This document shows positions 11,462-22,948 of a stretch of DNA of 64,000 nt, piece after piece. The DNA is taken from the IMG/VR virus record IMGVR_UViG_3300036770_008729, positions 217,115 to 281,114 of that record; one strand, written 5' to 3'. The translations under genes and the position numbers were made by a program. The notes beneath the pieces are model-generated. The model was not told the origin of the DNA, did not search any database, and saw only the letters and a list, made by a program, of their open reading frames with translations. Every line of letters begins with the position of its first letter. The first letter of the stretch is position 1.

Positions 11462-12052
11462 TTATTTCTTTTTTTTCTTTTTATTCATTTCTTTTGCAAG
11501 CAAAAAAGCCGCCTTTAACTCCTCAGTTGCTAAATCCTTATATATGCTCCTCTTCAATTCTTTATTGTATTCACCCTTTATAATCTTACAATCAATAAAG
11601 TTGTGACACTTCAAAAGAGCACATAACCACTCTGTAGAATTACTAACTTGTAAAAAATACTCTTTATTGTCTACTAATAGACCTTTAAAAGCCTTTTCAT
11701 TATCTTGAAACTTCTTTAATCTTGTAACCCAACTATCCTTTTCACTTGTTTCATATCTTTTACCATTATCTCTATTAACGTGAATAGCAACTTTACCAAT
11801 AGGTGCCAAATTTTCAAATACAGAAATCAGGTCTGTTGACTTTTTTTCAAAATCAGTTAGTTCACCTAAAACCGATCTTAACTGAAGATCACGCTCTCTT
11901 GAAAGAAGATAATCTTTAGCTTCTTGATTCGATTTAAGCTCATACTGAAGAACTTCAACAGTAGAGTTTTTACCAATACGCTTTAATAGTTCATTCTCAG
12001 ACTTACAAAGTTTCCAAGAATACTTTGATTTTAAAATCCATATCTTATCCAT
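11462..12052 (-). CDS. Hypothetical protein
   Basis: 196 aa; TATATTTG upstream. Confidence 0.6.
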   Translation of the reverse strand: MDKIWILKSKYSWKLCKSENELLKRIGKNSTVEVLQYELKSNQEAKDYLLSRERDLQLRSVLGELTDFEKKSTDLISVFENLAPIGKVAIHVNRDNGKRYETSEKDSWVTRLKKFQDNEKAFKGLLVDNKEYFLQVSNSTEWLCALLKCHNFIDCKIIKGEYNKELKRSIYKDLATEELKAAFLLAKEMNKKKKKK

Positions 12053-12237
12053 AAATACAAATATACTAAAAATATTTTAAAAACAATTATCTTCTAGTAC
12101 AAATAATCCTAATTTGATGCCAAAACTCTCTTAAAGCCCAAATTAAAATAATAATCTCAATTATTCTGTAAATCCAAATCATAACTTAAAACTTTTTTAT
12201 TATATTTATACTACAAATATAAAGTTGTTTCTCTAAA

Positions 12238-12660
12238 ATGAAATTCATTAAACTAAAAATAAGATTAGTAAAACCACCAACAATGAGTAACGCTAAACTA
12301 CATATAGTTAGACTTATTAGAGAATGCTCCGAAAAAGACTTACACTTCTCAAAACACATTTTTGAAGACATCGTTGAAAAATATACAGACTGGCACGAAA
12401 TCGATATACCAGCAAAAAACTACCATAAATTTATCTCTGAAATAAACTCCTATACAGGTGAATTTGAAATAGTAAACCACGAAGAATGGCAAAGAGAAAT
12501 CACTTTACTAAAAATTGGAGTCGGTGAAAAACAAGATTACCAAACCGCAATAAAATCAATTATTGATTTTGGATTACAAGATAAAGATATACTCCTGGAC
12601 GAAATAATTAATAAATTAACAATTGAACAATTAAAAGAAGTAATGAATCTTATCCACTAA
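12238..12660 (+). CDS. Protein with possible ribosomal L7/L12 C-terminal-like domain
   Basis: AKLHIVRLIRECSEKDLHFSKHIFE resembles the L12 CTD pattern. Confidence 0.4.
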   Translation: MKFIKLKIRLVKPPTMSNAKLHIVRLIRECSEKDLHFSKHIFEDIVEKYTDWHEIDIPAKNYHKFISEINSYTGEFEIVNHEEWQREITLLKIGVGEKQDYQTAIKSIIDFGLQDKDILLDEIINKLTIEQLKEVMNLIH

Positions 12661-12673
12661 TTCTATTTTATAA

Positions 12674-13399
12674 TTAAGGCACATTTCTGTAAATCACCGC
12701 AAGCTCCAACACACCATCACCAATCAGCCTCCAATCATCCACATATTTCCTATCAGGATCACCCTCATAAAGAGGTCCCCAATATATTATCCTCCCTCCT
12801 AAATACGACTCTAAATGCTCTAACTCACCCGACATATCCTCCACACTAAATGCGTAATTATTAGACACACAAGACCAAGCACCATCAGACATAGTTGAAT
12901 GATAAACCACAAAACCCTCTTCATCCTTCTTGAAAGCAAATATATCATCTATGTATTGAAACATATCTGAATAAATATCAACACTCTCATTAAACTTCCT
13001 TATATGTTTCATCACGGGTTTTATTTTTTAGAAATTATAAATTTCTAGTTTAATCCATCTCCTATCATCATTCACAACAACAGAATAACCTATCTTTACT
13101 TGAGGGAATTCCATTTCCACTCTTTTAATAGAAACCTTTATCTCATTACAAAATTCCTGCAACCTGGAAGATTTCTGTATATAAGAATCTAAAAATTCCA
13201 CTAAATCTTTATCAACACCCAATTCTCTTGGAGTATTAACCATACTAGGCACCGGTACCATTATCTCATAATATGGATGTGAATACTGAGGTGGTAGTTT
13301 AACCTCTTTAGCATTCCAATCTTCAATAAGATTGAGAAATATATAATGAATTGATAAAAACCCTTCATTAGATTCATTATATTTCTTTAAGTGTCTCAT
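12674..13399 (-). CDS. Two N-terminal-tag family proteins (12674-13015, 13028-13399)
   Basis: MKHIRKFNES, MRHLKKYNES. Confidence 0.6.
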
Positions 13400-13482
13400 T
13401 TTTACTTTTATTATTCTTATATATTATAACACAAACTTAAAAATTTTCAACTCACAACTTTATTCCTTATATTTACATCATA

Positions 13483-14151
13483 ATGCCATACCATAACATA
13501 TCAAAAATATCAAAACAACTACTAGATTACTCTTTCTGGCACCTACCAGAAAACTCTAGAAATAAACTATTCACAAACATCAAAAGAATAGACCTAAAAG
13601 AACTATACGCAACCATATACCTCAACCTCTACGATAGGGAAATAATAACTGAACAAACCGAACCACATATATCCACCATAATCCCCTTAATAAGAGAGTG
13701 GAAAGAAACTAAAAACCTAATAGAAGAACAAGAAAGAAAAAAACTAACCTATCAAATAAACTCATCATTCCTTAAACTACAAAATAAATACCTCATTCAC
13801 CAAGTCCTGAAAAACCTTTATACCACCCTAACCAAAGACACCAACATCATATACATCGATACAGATGTTATTTACCTAAATAACACCACCAACGACATAG
13901 TAACAAAACTAAATGGAGTATACGGAAACTACCCCTCTGAACTTAATATAACAGACTTAGACTACCTATACATAATAAGACATAAACTGGTAGCAGAACA
14001 AGGAAAAGGAATAACAAAAACAAATCTAGATAGACTAAGTATACACAGACAAAATAATACAGTAAAGTCTAAGATAATCTCAGATAATAATGACCTAAAA
14101 ACAACCTTTAATATACTTATAAGAGAAGATAAACTAAATAAAATCCTCTAA
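13483..14151 (+). CDS. Small family-B DNA-polymerase-palm-like protein with C-terminal tag
   Basis: DLKELYATI (motif A-like) and IIYIDTD (motif C-like); only 222 aa. Confidence 0.4.
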   Translation: MPYHNISKISKQLLDYSFWHLPENSRNKLFTNIKRIDLKELYATIYLNLYDREIITEQTEPHISTIIPLIREWKETKNLIEEQERKKLTYQINSSFLKLQNKYLIHQVLKNLYTTLTKDTNIIYIDTDVIYLNNTTNDIVTKLNGVYGNYPSELNITDLDYLYIIRHKLVAEQGKGITKTNLDRLSIHRQNNTVKSKIISDNNDLKTTFNILIREDKLNKIL

Positions 14152-14153
14152 CA

Positions 14154-14477
14154 ATGACATCCCAAGAAATCAAACTCTACGGCAGACAAATAGTAGAATC
14201 AATCACCAAAAGCGATATACCATACACCGATATCAATAAATGTAAAGAATTTCATATCGATTTCTCATTTCCAAGCTGGTCAATAGGCAAAGGCACAAAC
14301 CCTAATCATAATATACTCGGACACTCACATATAATACTAACCTGGAACGCAATGCCTCATAAAAAATCCAGCATAATATGGACTAACCTAAAACAAATAA
14401 AAACAACTGAATTAAACTCAATTATAGAAGCAATTAAAAGAGATATAAAATTAAATACAATACTAATCCATAACTAA
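14154..14477 (+). CDS. Hypothetical protein with C-terminal tag
   Basis: KRDIKLNTIL. Confidence 0.55.
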   Translation: MTSQEIKLYGRQIVESITKSDIPYTDINKCKEFHIDFSFPSWSIGKGTNPNHNILGHSHIILTWNAMPHKKSSIIWTNLKQIKTTELNSIIEAIKRDIKLNTILIHN

Positions 14478-14969
14478 AAACCATAAATGAATAGGTACAT
14501 AACTATTACAAATAACATCACCATTATCATTTAAATAAGATATACGACTATTTAACTTCGATACCAAATCATATACCCTAGATATCAACATATCCGTAGA
14601 ACTAAAATTCTCCTTACTCAACATCTCCTGACTACCAAAATAATTCCAACCCCATAACACAACCGGCTTCATCTCATAATCAGATATAACATTTAATATA
14701 TGCTGAACTAAATCACCTCCTCTTAACGATTCATCTAAATCATTCCAACTCATAGAAGAATAATCACATGCAAATGAGACATCTATCACCTTCTTTCCAT
14801 AAATACTCTTTGGAATACTACCACTTACCATTATAGCAAATCTATGAGGCTCACCATTTAATAAAAATTCCTTTACTCCAATCTTACTCTTTATTAAATC
14901 AGATAGTGGCCTTAACTCAGATGATTTTAAACCCGATTCAAATATTTTATACTCTTTTATATGTTTCAT
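14463..14969 (-). CDS. N-terminal-tag family protein
   Basis: MKHIKEYKIFES. Confidence 0.6.
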   Translation of the reverse strand: MKHIKEYKIFESGLKSSELRPLSDLIKSKIGVKEFLLNGEPHRFAIMVSGSIPKSIYGKKVIDVSFACDYSSMSWNDLDESLRGGDLVQHILNVISDYEMKPVVLWGWNYFGSQEMLSKENFSSTDMLISRVYDLVSKLNSRISYLNDNGDVICNSYVPIHLWFLVMD

Positions 14970-15012
14970 AATCTATATATTCTCTTTGAAAATCTAAAAG
15001 CCATAAATTTAA

Positions 15013-15462
15013 TTAAATAACTTGTTTATTAATTACAAAGAATGAACCCGACTTAGTTGGAATTATACCTGCATTTCGATAGAACTTACCATCATAAACG
15101 GAAACACCCATTACTAAGTCTGTTCCAGTCAAACTTGTATCACCATAGTGAATTATATTCTTTGATGGCCAGTCTCCAGATGTATTTGAATTCTGGAAGT
15201 GTATGAATTGCTTATCTGATCCAATGTATGCTGAGTCATCATTAGAGCCTCTTCTAAACAAAGCTCCATTAAGGACATTATTTAAGCGAAATGCTTTTGC
15301 GGACTTTTCCATAGTCTGATTTTCTATATCATATACATCAATTAACAAAACTGTTGAATGATTAATTTCTCTCAACTCGGTTTCAATTTCACCTACTTTT
15401 GCTTCTAATCCATCTACTCTTCCTCTTAGTACTGCTAAATCTTTTTCTTCTGCAAATGCCAT
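15013..15462 (-). CDS. Hypothetical protein with N-terminal coiled coil
   Basis: Heptad pattern in first 35 aa. Confidence 0.55.
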   Translation of the reverse strand: MAFAEEKDLAVLRGRVDGLEAKVGEIETELREINHSTVLLIDVYDIENQTMEKSAKAFRLNNVLNGALFRRGSNDDSAYIGSDKQFIHFQNSNTSGDWPSKNIIHYGDTSLTGTDLVMGVSVYDGKFYRNAGIIPTKSGSFFVINKQVI

Positions 15463-15478
15463 ATTATAATATTATTTT

Positions 15479-17092
15479 TTAGTTTAATAAAGGTTTTATT
15501 AGATATATCTTATCTTTTGTTAGTTGCCAAGCTCTAAAGTCAGCTGTTTTTAAGTCCCCAAACCTAAAGAACTTATTATCAACTCCTGGACCCGTAGAAG
15601 GAATAATCGCATAACTCTCATCAAATGTATCAGTCGTATAACTAGTTATAATCATCGGACAATCTGGATGTGATATAATATTAGAATAAGATAAAATTGG
15701 TATTTCTTCACCATTTTCCCCCATCCTCACCCAAGGTATGTCTGCATATGTTTCCCACCAAGTTTGAATATCTTCTATTAATTCAGTAACTACATTTGTA
15801 GTAATGTCGTATTTGCAGAAACTATAATAGGTAACACTATCTACCTCCTTATTTCTTATATAAAAGAAATTTGTACCCGTCATAAAAGAGGTATCTAAGT
15901 AGTCATTAATATCAAAGTTACCTTCAATGAAGTTATCCCATCCAGTATTCAAGTCACTAAACAAACCATAGTCAGCATCATTTACATCTCTTTTATCTAT
16001 AATCTCACTACCAGTTATTACACCATTACCATCTATAATCATTTTAAATCTTACAAAGGTATTTCCAAAATAGTCAGCAGCAACATAAAAAATTGGATAA
16101 TATATAAACTCTATACCATCTTCAATCTTTCTTAAATTGTAACCAAAAGATTGCCAATTTACATCTGGATAAACCGTATCAGTTACATTAAATGTAATGT
16201 CATTGCCGTCAACTGTTATCGAATCACCAATTTTATAATCCTTTCCAGACTCAGAAACATTAACAGTAGTTTCAATTTTATTAACCGTTTGTATAATAAA
16301 ACTAAAGGTACCATTACCAAGATCATTTGTTGTTACCACATCACCTACTAAATAGTAACCATTACCTGATGTTATTATAGGGTTAGGATCAACATAAATC
16401 TCAAAGTTACCATCTACATCAAATGTCACCTCAATTTGAGCTCCTGATCCGGATCCGGTAGTTGATTCAGCATCAAATATTAATGTTTGTCCTGCATATC
16501 CTGCAGGATCAATAAAACTTACAGTGTCTAGGCCAACTGATGTTATTTCGTAAGTTGATATTACTTCCACAACTAATCCTGTTCCTGATCCACCAGTTGT
16601 GTTATAAGTTCCATCTGAGGAAGTTCCAATTACAGGAGTATCTATTGAAATAACTTGTCCATAATCTAAAACATAATCAGATAATTTCAGACCAAGTTCT
16701 TCTATTGGTGAATGTGCGCTTGTAAATACTAACTTATTTCCTTGTTCTTTAAATAAACCCCAAATTAGCGGATATTTATTTATGTCAAAACTCGGATTTG
16801 GAAAAACATTACCTTGTTCTAGTGTTGCCATTCTACAAATATGAAAAGCATCTGAACTCACATCGAATTTACCCCAATACTCATACACATAAATGGATTG
16901 AGTTCCACGTGGAAAATTTTGACTATCACAGATTAGTGTAGTTGATTCAACACTTTTCTCATATGATGCAACTTTATCAGTTGGTGAGTCACTTCTTAAC
17001 GAAATTTCACCCGAGTCATTAAATGAAAAGGAAATATACCCCTCAGGTGGTGTGTTGGATTCACTTTTCTTAAAGAGAAGTCTTTTTGGCAT
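15479..17092 (-). CDS. Putative tail/fibre structural protein
   Basis: GSGTG/GSGSGA and GxxYxVGD repeats; TAATATATA upstream. Confidence 0.55.
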   Translation of the reverse strand: MPKRLLFKKSESNTPPEGYISFSFNDSGEISLRSDSPTDKVASYEKSVESTTLICDSQNFPRGTQSIYVYEYWGKFDVSSDAFHICRMATLEQGNVFPNPSFDINKYPLIWGLFKEQGNKLVFTSAHSPIEELGLKLSDYVLDYGQVISIDTPVIGTSSDGTYNTTGGSGTGLVVEVISTYEITSVGLDTVSFIDPAGYAGQTLIFDAESTTGSGSGAQIEVTFDVDGNFEIYVDPNPIITSGNGYYLVGDVVTTNDLGNGTFSFIIQTVNKIETTVNVSESGKDYKIGDSITVDGNDITFNVTDTVYPDVNWQSFGYNLRKIEDGIEFIYYPIFYVAADYFGNTFVRFKMIIDGNGVITGSEIIDKRDVNDADYGLFSDLNTGWDNFIEGNFDINDYLDTSFMTGTNFFYIRNKEVDSVTYYSFCKYDITTNVVTELIEDIQTWWETYADIPWVRMGENGEEIPILSYSNIISHPDCPMIITSYTTDTFDESYAIIPSTGPGVDNKFFRFGDLKTADFRAWQLTKDKIYLIKPLLN

Positions 17093-17217
17093 TTATAAAA
17101 TTATTTTCTTTATATATTAAGATAAATTAGTTAAATAACTTCAACTACCTAAAATTAAAAGAGAATCAAGCAGATGACCTCTCAGAAACCTCCAATTAAA
17201 ACAAATAAGAATATAAC

Positions 17218-17445
17218 CTATTTAAGCATTATAACACCATTGAAATTTGTAAATGAAGTATCTATCTTTTGATAAGATATCATTGAAATTTCATAAACCA
17301 CTTCATCCTTTGGAATTGATAATTGGCCTTCTAAATCAGAATAATAAACCGATTTATTTGTCCTAACCTCAACCCCAGTTAGTTTTTCTCCTGTTTTGGC
17401 ATCAGTAAATAGAAGATTAAATATTAATGTTAAATAAAGTAGCAT
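17218..17445 (-). CDS. Carboxypeptidase-regulatory-like (SusC N-terminal-like) small protein
   Basis: DAKTGEKLTGV...SDLEG...SMISY. Confidence 0.55.
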   Translation of the reverse strand: MLLYLTLIFNLLFTDAKTGEKLTGVEVRTNKSVYYSDLEGQLSIPKDEVVYEISMISYQKIDTSFTNFNGVIMLK

Positions 17446-17612
17446 AATGCAATGTTAAATTTTTAATTTATATATCATTTTTTTGAAAAAAATCGACATT
17501 TTTTTATTACATTTAATATATAAATAATAATTACTTAACAATTCCATAATATAAAAAATTAAAAAAGGTGATGGTTATTTAAAACAAGTACAAAAATATT
17601 TAAGTTTATAAT

Positions 17613-18338
17613 ATGAAATTAATAGGATTAACAAGAATACGAAATGAATCTGAAATAATACAAGATACATTAGACCATATGTCTACATTTTGTTCAGAAG
17701 TTATAGTATATGATGATTGTAGTACAGATAATACTGTTGAAATATGTGAAAATCATCCTATAGTTAGTAAAATAGTTAAAGGGTTAGAGTGGTCTAATAA
17801 TAGATTTAAAGAAGAATATAGAAATAGACAAGAATTATTTTTAGAAGCAAAAAAAATATTAGAACCAAATGATTGGTTTGTTTATATGGATGCTGATGAA
17901 AGAATAGAATTTGATTGGTCTATATTGAATAATAATATAGACGCTGTAAGAATGAGACTTTTTGATTTTTATATTACAGAAGAAGATAAACATTTAAATT
18001 ATAAAAATCGTAAATGGATGGGACCGGAATATAGAGATATTTTATTTGCATTTAGAATGGGAGCATCTTTAGGATGGTTTTATAATGACCAACGAGAATG
18101 TTCTTTGAGTTCTAATAAAATAATTTTAAGTGGTTTTGTTAAACATTATGGAAAATCAATTTCAATAGAGGAATGGGAAAAAACTTGTAATTATTATTCC
18201 AATCATTTTCCCGAACCTTATAAATCTAAATGGCAAAATAGAAAAGGTAAAGCAATTCACATAAAAAGTGATTTTGATAGACCATTAATAACTTGGGATG
18301 AAAAACAGACATCTGTACATTTATTTAAATTACATTAA
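17613..18338 (+). CDS. GT2-family glycosyltransferase
   Basis: RNE, DDCSTDNT, DADE. Confidence 0.85.
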   Translation: MKLIGLTRIRNESEIIQDTLDHMSTFCSEVIVYDDCSTDNTVEICENHPIVSKIVKGLEWSNNRFKEEYRNRQELFLEAKKILEPNDWFVYMDADERIEFDWSILNNNIDAVRMRLFDFYITEEDKHLNYKNRKWMGPEYRDILFAFRMGASLGWFYNDQRECSLSSNKIILSGFVKHYGKSISIEEWEKTCNYYSNHFPEPYKSKWQNRKGKAIHIKSDFDRPLITWDEKQTSVHLFKLH

Positions 18339-18391
18339 ATAAGAAAAGAATCTTATTAAATGTCAAATTATAAAAAATTAAACATAACACC

Positions 18392-18721
18392 ATGAAAAAA
18401 CTAATCACCATCGCACTCATCTTCAACTTAGGAGTTTGTTTCTCTCAAACACAAAAGGTTGAAAAAAAAGACCAATCTGGTCGAATCGAAGAAACTGGTT
18501 TCCTAAAATCAGGTGTTAGAGATTCCATATGGACTTCTTATTTCTCTGATGGCACAATTAAAGCAATCGCTTACTATAAAGAAGGAGTAAAAGTTGGAAC
18601 TTGGAAAACATTCCACCAAAATGGTAACTCAATGTTTGAAATATCATATTACGAAGGAAGAAAAAAATCCGGCATCCAATACGATGGTTCTGGTAATGTA
18701 GTTGAGAAAAAAGAATGGTAA
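18392..18721 (+). CDS. Secreted MORN-variant repeat protein
   Basis: YKEGVKVGTWKTFHQNG repeats; signal peptide. Confidence 0.75.
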   Translation: MKKLITIALIFNLGVCFSQTQKVEKKDQSGRIEETGFLKSGVRDSIWTSYFSDGTIKAIAYYKEGVKVGTWKTFHQNGNSMFEISYYEGRKKSGIQYDGSGNVVEKKEW

Positions 18722-18742
18722 AATCTATATGAAAATAGGAGT

Positions 18743-19342
18743 ATGAAAAATCTAATTCTATTTACATTTATTTGTATCAATTACACTTGGGCACAACAGA
18801 AAGATAGTTCTACTTCTAAAAAAACAGAAGGCTATGTTACTTATGCTACTATTATTAATGGCGATACCCTTCCTATGGTGTATTTAAATCCTGTGTGGTG
18901 TGTCGAGAAAAGAGTATTCAAAAATCAATTTCAGGCATGGAAATACCAACGATTGATAAAGAACATCAAAGCGGCTTATCCTTTTGCAAAAATTGCAGGC
19001 AGAAAAATGAAAGAATATAACAAATTACTGATCAATGTTAAAAGCGAAGAAGAAAAACATCGAATGATGAAAAAAATTGAAAAAGAATTAAAATCAGAAT
19101 TTGAAAACGATTTAAAAAACCTTACTATAACTCAGGGTAGAATTTTACTAAAACTCATAGACAGAGAAACAGGAAATACTTCATATACCATTGTAAAAGA
19201 ACTCAGAGGAACTTTTTCAGCTACTTTCTGGCAAACCATTGCCTTATTATTTGGAAATGACCTCAAATCAGAATACAATTCAACTGGTGACGACAAACAA
19301 ATCGAAGAAATCATTCAACTCATCGAAAAAGGAGAGATTTAA
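18743..19342 (+). CDS. Bacteroidota DUF4294-like secreted protein
   Basis: GDTLP...YPFAK...LTITQGRILLKLIDRETG...FWQ. Confidence 0.7.
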   Translation: MKNLILFTFICINYTWAQQKDSSTSKKTEGYVTYATIINGDTLPMVYLNPVWCVEKRVFKNQFQAWKYQRLIKNIKAAYPFAKIAGRKMKEYNKLLINVKSEEEKHRMMKKIEKELKSEFENDLKNLTITQGRILLKLIDRETGNTSYTIVKELRGTFSATFWQTIALLFGNDLKSEYNSTGDDKQIEEIIQLIEKGEI

Positions 19343-19461
19343 CCATTTTCTTTTTTTAATAAGAAATTAGATTTACTCACATTTACTCTGACGGTTCCCG
19401 GTTTAAAAAATTTTTCCCACCAACCAGTTTAAAAAAATTTCCACAAGGCCCCACCACACCA

Positions 19462-20145
19462 TCATAATCCAAACCTCGACTTAGTTGCGTTATAGTTTTG
19501 TAATACCTCTGATGGTGAAAGTGATCTGTTATATATTTTAAGATTTGGTAAATAACCATTAGTATAATTTGATGAAGTGTTTCTTCCTACAACATAGTTA
19601 GATGTATACATTTGTAAATTTAAAGAACTAGAACCCACTACTGATATGGTTATCTCAACACCATTGAGATATATTTTAGCTACTGAACCAGTTCTAGTAA
19701 AGGACAAATTATACCATTGGTTTGTGTTTAAAGTTGTAGTTGTAGTAGTATAAAAGTAAGTATTATTACTTAAACTTATCTGGAAATAAATATTTCTACT
19801 TCCATCAGTGCCAAATTGATTACTTTTTACATTCGTATCATTATCCAGATTTGAAAAAATTGTAAACCTATTACCGAGCATATAAATCCATGAATCAATT
19901 GTATATGTGTTATTTAATATTGAAGAATTTAATAAAACATAATCATCACTGCCATCAAACACAATACTTCCACCATTAACAGAACTAAATGCAGGAGAAC
20001 CACTCAAAGTTCCATTATTCAAATTTCCACTCAAATCCCTCCATAAAGTTCCCGACCCTGGATAAGAATCCTTTTTACCAGCATCTAAATGTAAAACCAA
20101 TCCATCCCCCACTATACCTCCATAATATGATATCCTTCCTGACAT
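19462..20145 (-). CDS. LamG/ConA-like domain protein
   Basis: LVLHLDAG...SYPGSG...FDGSDDY...YNRSLSPSEV; start reassigned to MSGRI. Confidence 0.8.
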   Translation of the reverse strand: MSGRISYYGGIVGDGLVLHLDAGKKDSYPGSGTLWRDLSGNLNNGTLSGSPAFSSVNGGSIVFDGSDDYVLLNSSILNNTYTIDSWIYMLGNRFTIFSNLDNDTNVKSNQFGTDGSRNIYFQISLSNNTYFYTTTTTTLNTNQWYNLSFTRTGSVAKIYLNGVEITISVVGSSSLNLQMYTSNYVVGRNTSSNYTNGYLPNLKIYNRSLSPSEVLQNYNATKSRFGL

Positions 20146-20217
20146 ATATCTATATATTCCCCAAATAATTGACAACTTCATATAAATAAATCAAAATAAT
20201 AAAGTATATTTATACTA

Positions 20218-21805
20218 ATGAAAATATCCAACAACCAACTAAAAAACAACCCAGAATTCTATCAATTCCTATGCAGAGTATGCGAAGAAACCACCGGCGA
20301 TGTATTATACAATACACACACAGAAATCGACCACATAACAAATGAAGAAGATTACAAAGATAAAACTAAAGCCTTCAGTATAAAATATAGATTAGTCTAT
20401 CTACCTATGAAGAATGACAGTAACGCAGAACAAATTGAATATTCTATATCTAAATCTCATATAATAGATAACCTCAATTGGACCTGGATATACAATATGA
20501 TAGAAAAAGAAGTTAAAATGATACTAAGAGATAATAAACTAAATGAATTAGGAATATGAATTGGCAAAGCTTTAAATGCTCAATATCACTACATAATTGG
20601 GAACATAGTAAAGAAGATATTGAATGGGAAAGTTCTATTGGTAAAAAAATAACCATATCAACAAGTATTAGAATATGCCAAAATTGCCATAAAAAACAAA
20701 GATATTCCGTTCAAGGTTGGGTAGATTGGAATAAATTATCAAAAGAACAATTGAGAGATAAAAAGATTAAACAATTAGGAATATGAAAGTAGTTTGTATA
20801 GATAATGAATTAAAAAGGTCAAGTGAGCTAGTAAAACCAATTAAACTAACAAATCTTACAATTGGTAAGGTATATGAATCACCAATTGTAGGACTACCTG
20901 GTATGTGGTCTATCATTGGTAGGGTCGCCATAACATGTGATGATGGTATTGTAAGAGATTATTCGACTACTAGATTTATTGCATTAGAAGAGTGGAGAGA
21001 AATACAATTAAATAAAATAGGATTACAATGAAACTTAGTGATTGGGAAGAAAAACTAGTCGAAGATATCGATATCATTTTTAGTGGTGGTTATAGTGAAA
21101 ACTTTAACGAAGAACAGATTGAAGAAGTAAAACAACTTTCTTTTCTTCTGAATCATATTGAGTTGAAATATAATTCAGTAGTCTTTTCTTATGATGCTTT
21201 TAACCTTATAGTTAGCGGGATAGAAGAATTACCAAGTGAATGGGCTAAAGAACATATCATACAATGCATTAAAAATTCTGATGAATTTAAGGGAGCTTAC
21301 AAATTATTTGTTCGTGATTTTACAATTGATAAGATTATTAAAAAATGAGGAATAAAATGACTTACTGGATAGAAATTAATATAGATGAAATCTACTTATA
21401 TGGAAAAAAAACTCCACTATTAAAAGACCAACAACTCGAAGTCCAAATGATAAACGGAGAAGCTAAAATAATAATAGACGGAATACCACACAAAAACCTC
21501 CTCCTATTCAAAGATAAAACTTATACCATATCATCACTAATCGGAATGAATTATATCTCCGACATAACTGGACAAATCGAAAGAAATAACAAACTAAATA
21601 AATTAGGAATAGAATGACCAATAATACCTCAATAGTCGATATCAATCCAAATAGATGTCAAATCATAGAAATTATCAATCAACAAGATGATTGGATAGTA
21701 GCTATAGTTAAAGCCAGACTAATAGGTGGCAAACGATGGAAAAAGAGAAAAGTACTCCTAAGTAAATCTGAATTCAGACAAATACAATTAGGTAAATTAG
21801 TATGA
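20218..21805 (+). CDS. Operon of six small ORFs, all ending in the C-terminal tag
   Basis: LRDNKLNELGI, LRDKKIKQLGI, WREIQLNKIGL, VRDFTIDKII, ERNNKLNKLGI, FRQIQLGKLV. Confidence 0.7.
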
Positions 21806-21808
21806 AGA

Positions 21809-22444
21809 TTATATACTGAACTTTCTTACTGCACGTACAGATTGACTATTAGACTTACCAGTGACATTGGCTAACCCAGTTAGAAAGTTAAAATTACAAG
21901 CGTTAACGCTGAAGTTTTCCGTACTACTCCAATATGCACTCAAAGATAATTGAGTACCACCAACAATCTCTAATCCTTGTGCCACTTCTAACATATTACA
22001 ATATAGCTTATTAAGCTCATGTATAGCAGGAAGATACCAATCATTTTTCCCACCATTAGTTGATGAATCACACAAAAAAGCAGCACCTGAAGTAGCTCCT
22101 GACTGTGTAATAATAAATTGTGTATTTACATCACCACTCCACAAACTATTACCCGATGTTTCACTGTTGGTAATATTACTCCAAGCACTTGATGCTAAAT
22201 TTTGCAAATCCACTACAAGATAAGATTGTGTACTACCTGTTAAATACCTATGAAATATAACCCCACCCTGATCACTAACATATTCACCAACCTCATAAGT
22301 GAATTCTGATGACCCACCAGCATTACTTATTGTCGCTCCACTCTGAATCGATAAATTTCCACCACTTATTCCTAAATATTTATAACCAGTTGGAGCTATT
22401 CCACCAGTTAGACCATTTTCTGATAAAACTATTCTTTTTGCCAT
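21809..22444 (-). CDS. DUF1566/Lcl-type (C-type-lectin fold) protein
   Basis: DWYLPAIHEL...YWSSTE...VRAVRKF. Confidence 0.75.
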   Translation of the reverse strand: MAKRIVLSENGLTGGIAPTGYKYLGISGGNLSIQSGATISNAGGSSEFTYEVGEYVSDQGGVIFHRYLTGSTQSYLVVDLQNLASSAWSNITNSETSGNSLWSGDVNTQFIITQSGATSGAAFLCDSSTNGGKNDWYLPAIHELNKLYCNMLEVAQGLEIVGGTQLSLSAYWSSTENFSVNACNFNFLTGLANVTGKSNSQSVRAVRKFSI

Positions 22445-22642
22445 TTCTATTACATTATTTTTATATAACTATATATTAAATCACAGAATAAAGTATTATG
22501 GCTTCTTCTTAGTATCTAAACTCTTTAAGTAATAATACCACCACATATATGGGAACTGATAGGTTGCTATAACTAGTGTCATGTAGTTTAATATTAGGTC
22601 TTGAGCAGTATCATTATTTGACTTCATATAGTATATATTATG

Positions 22643-22797
22643 ATACAAAAAAGATATAATTATTTTGTATTACGGGGTAAAATGGGCGAAATTTTATACA
22701 AAAAGATGAACGGAATTTTGTAAAGGTTTGAAACAGGATACAGAAAAGTGCGGCGGAATTTTGTATCAGATACAGAAAAATGTGCATATTTTTGTAT
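22643..22797. repeat. Four degenerate palindromes ATACA(A/G)AAA-N-TTTTGTA(T); candidate origin/operator array
   Basis: Copies at 22643, 22696, 22738, 22770 in a non-coding gap. Confidence 0.65.
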
Positions 22798-22948
22798 TAA
22801 AATGAGTCAATCCTATGACGATTCCTAAAAGCCTGTCAGAACCCATCTTTCAGTACTTCAAAGTAAATACACAGTGTCGAAAAAAATCTCACAGCCGTTT
22901 CACACAACTTGATTGAAAACCTGCGCACATTTTCTCCATATATAGTAT

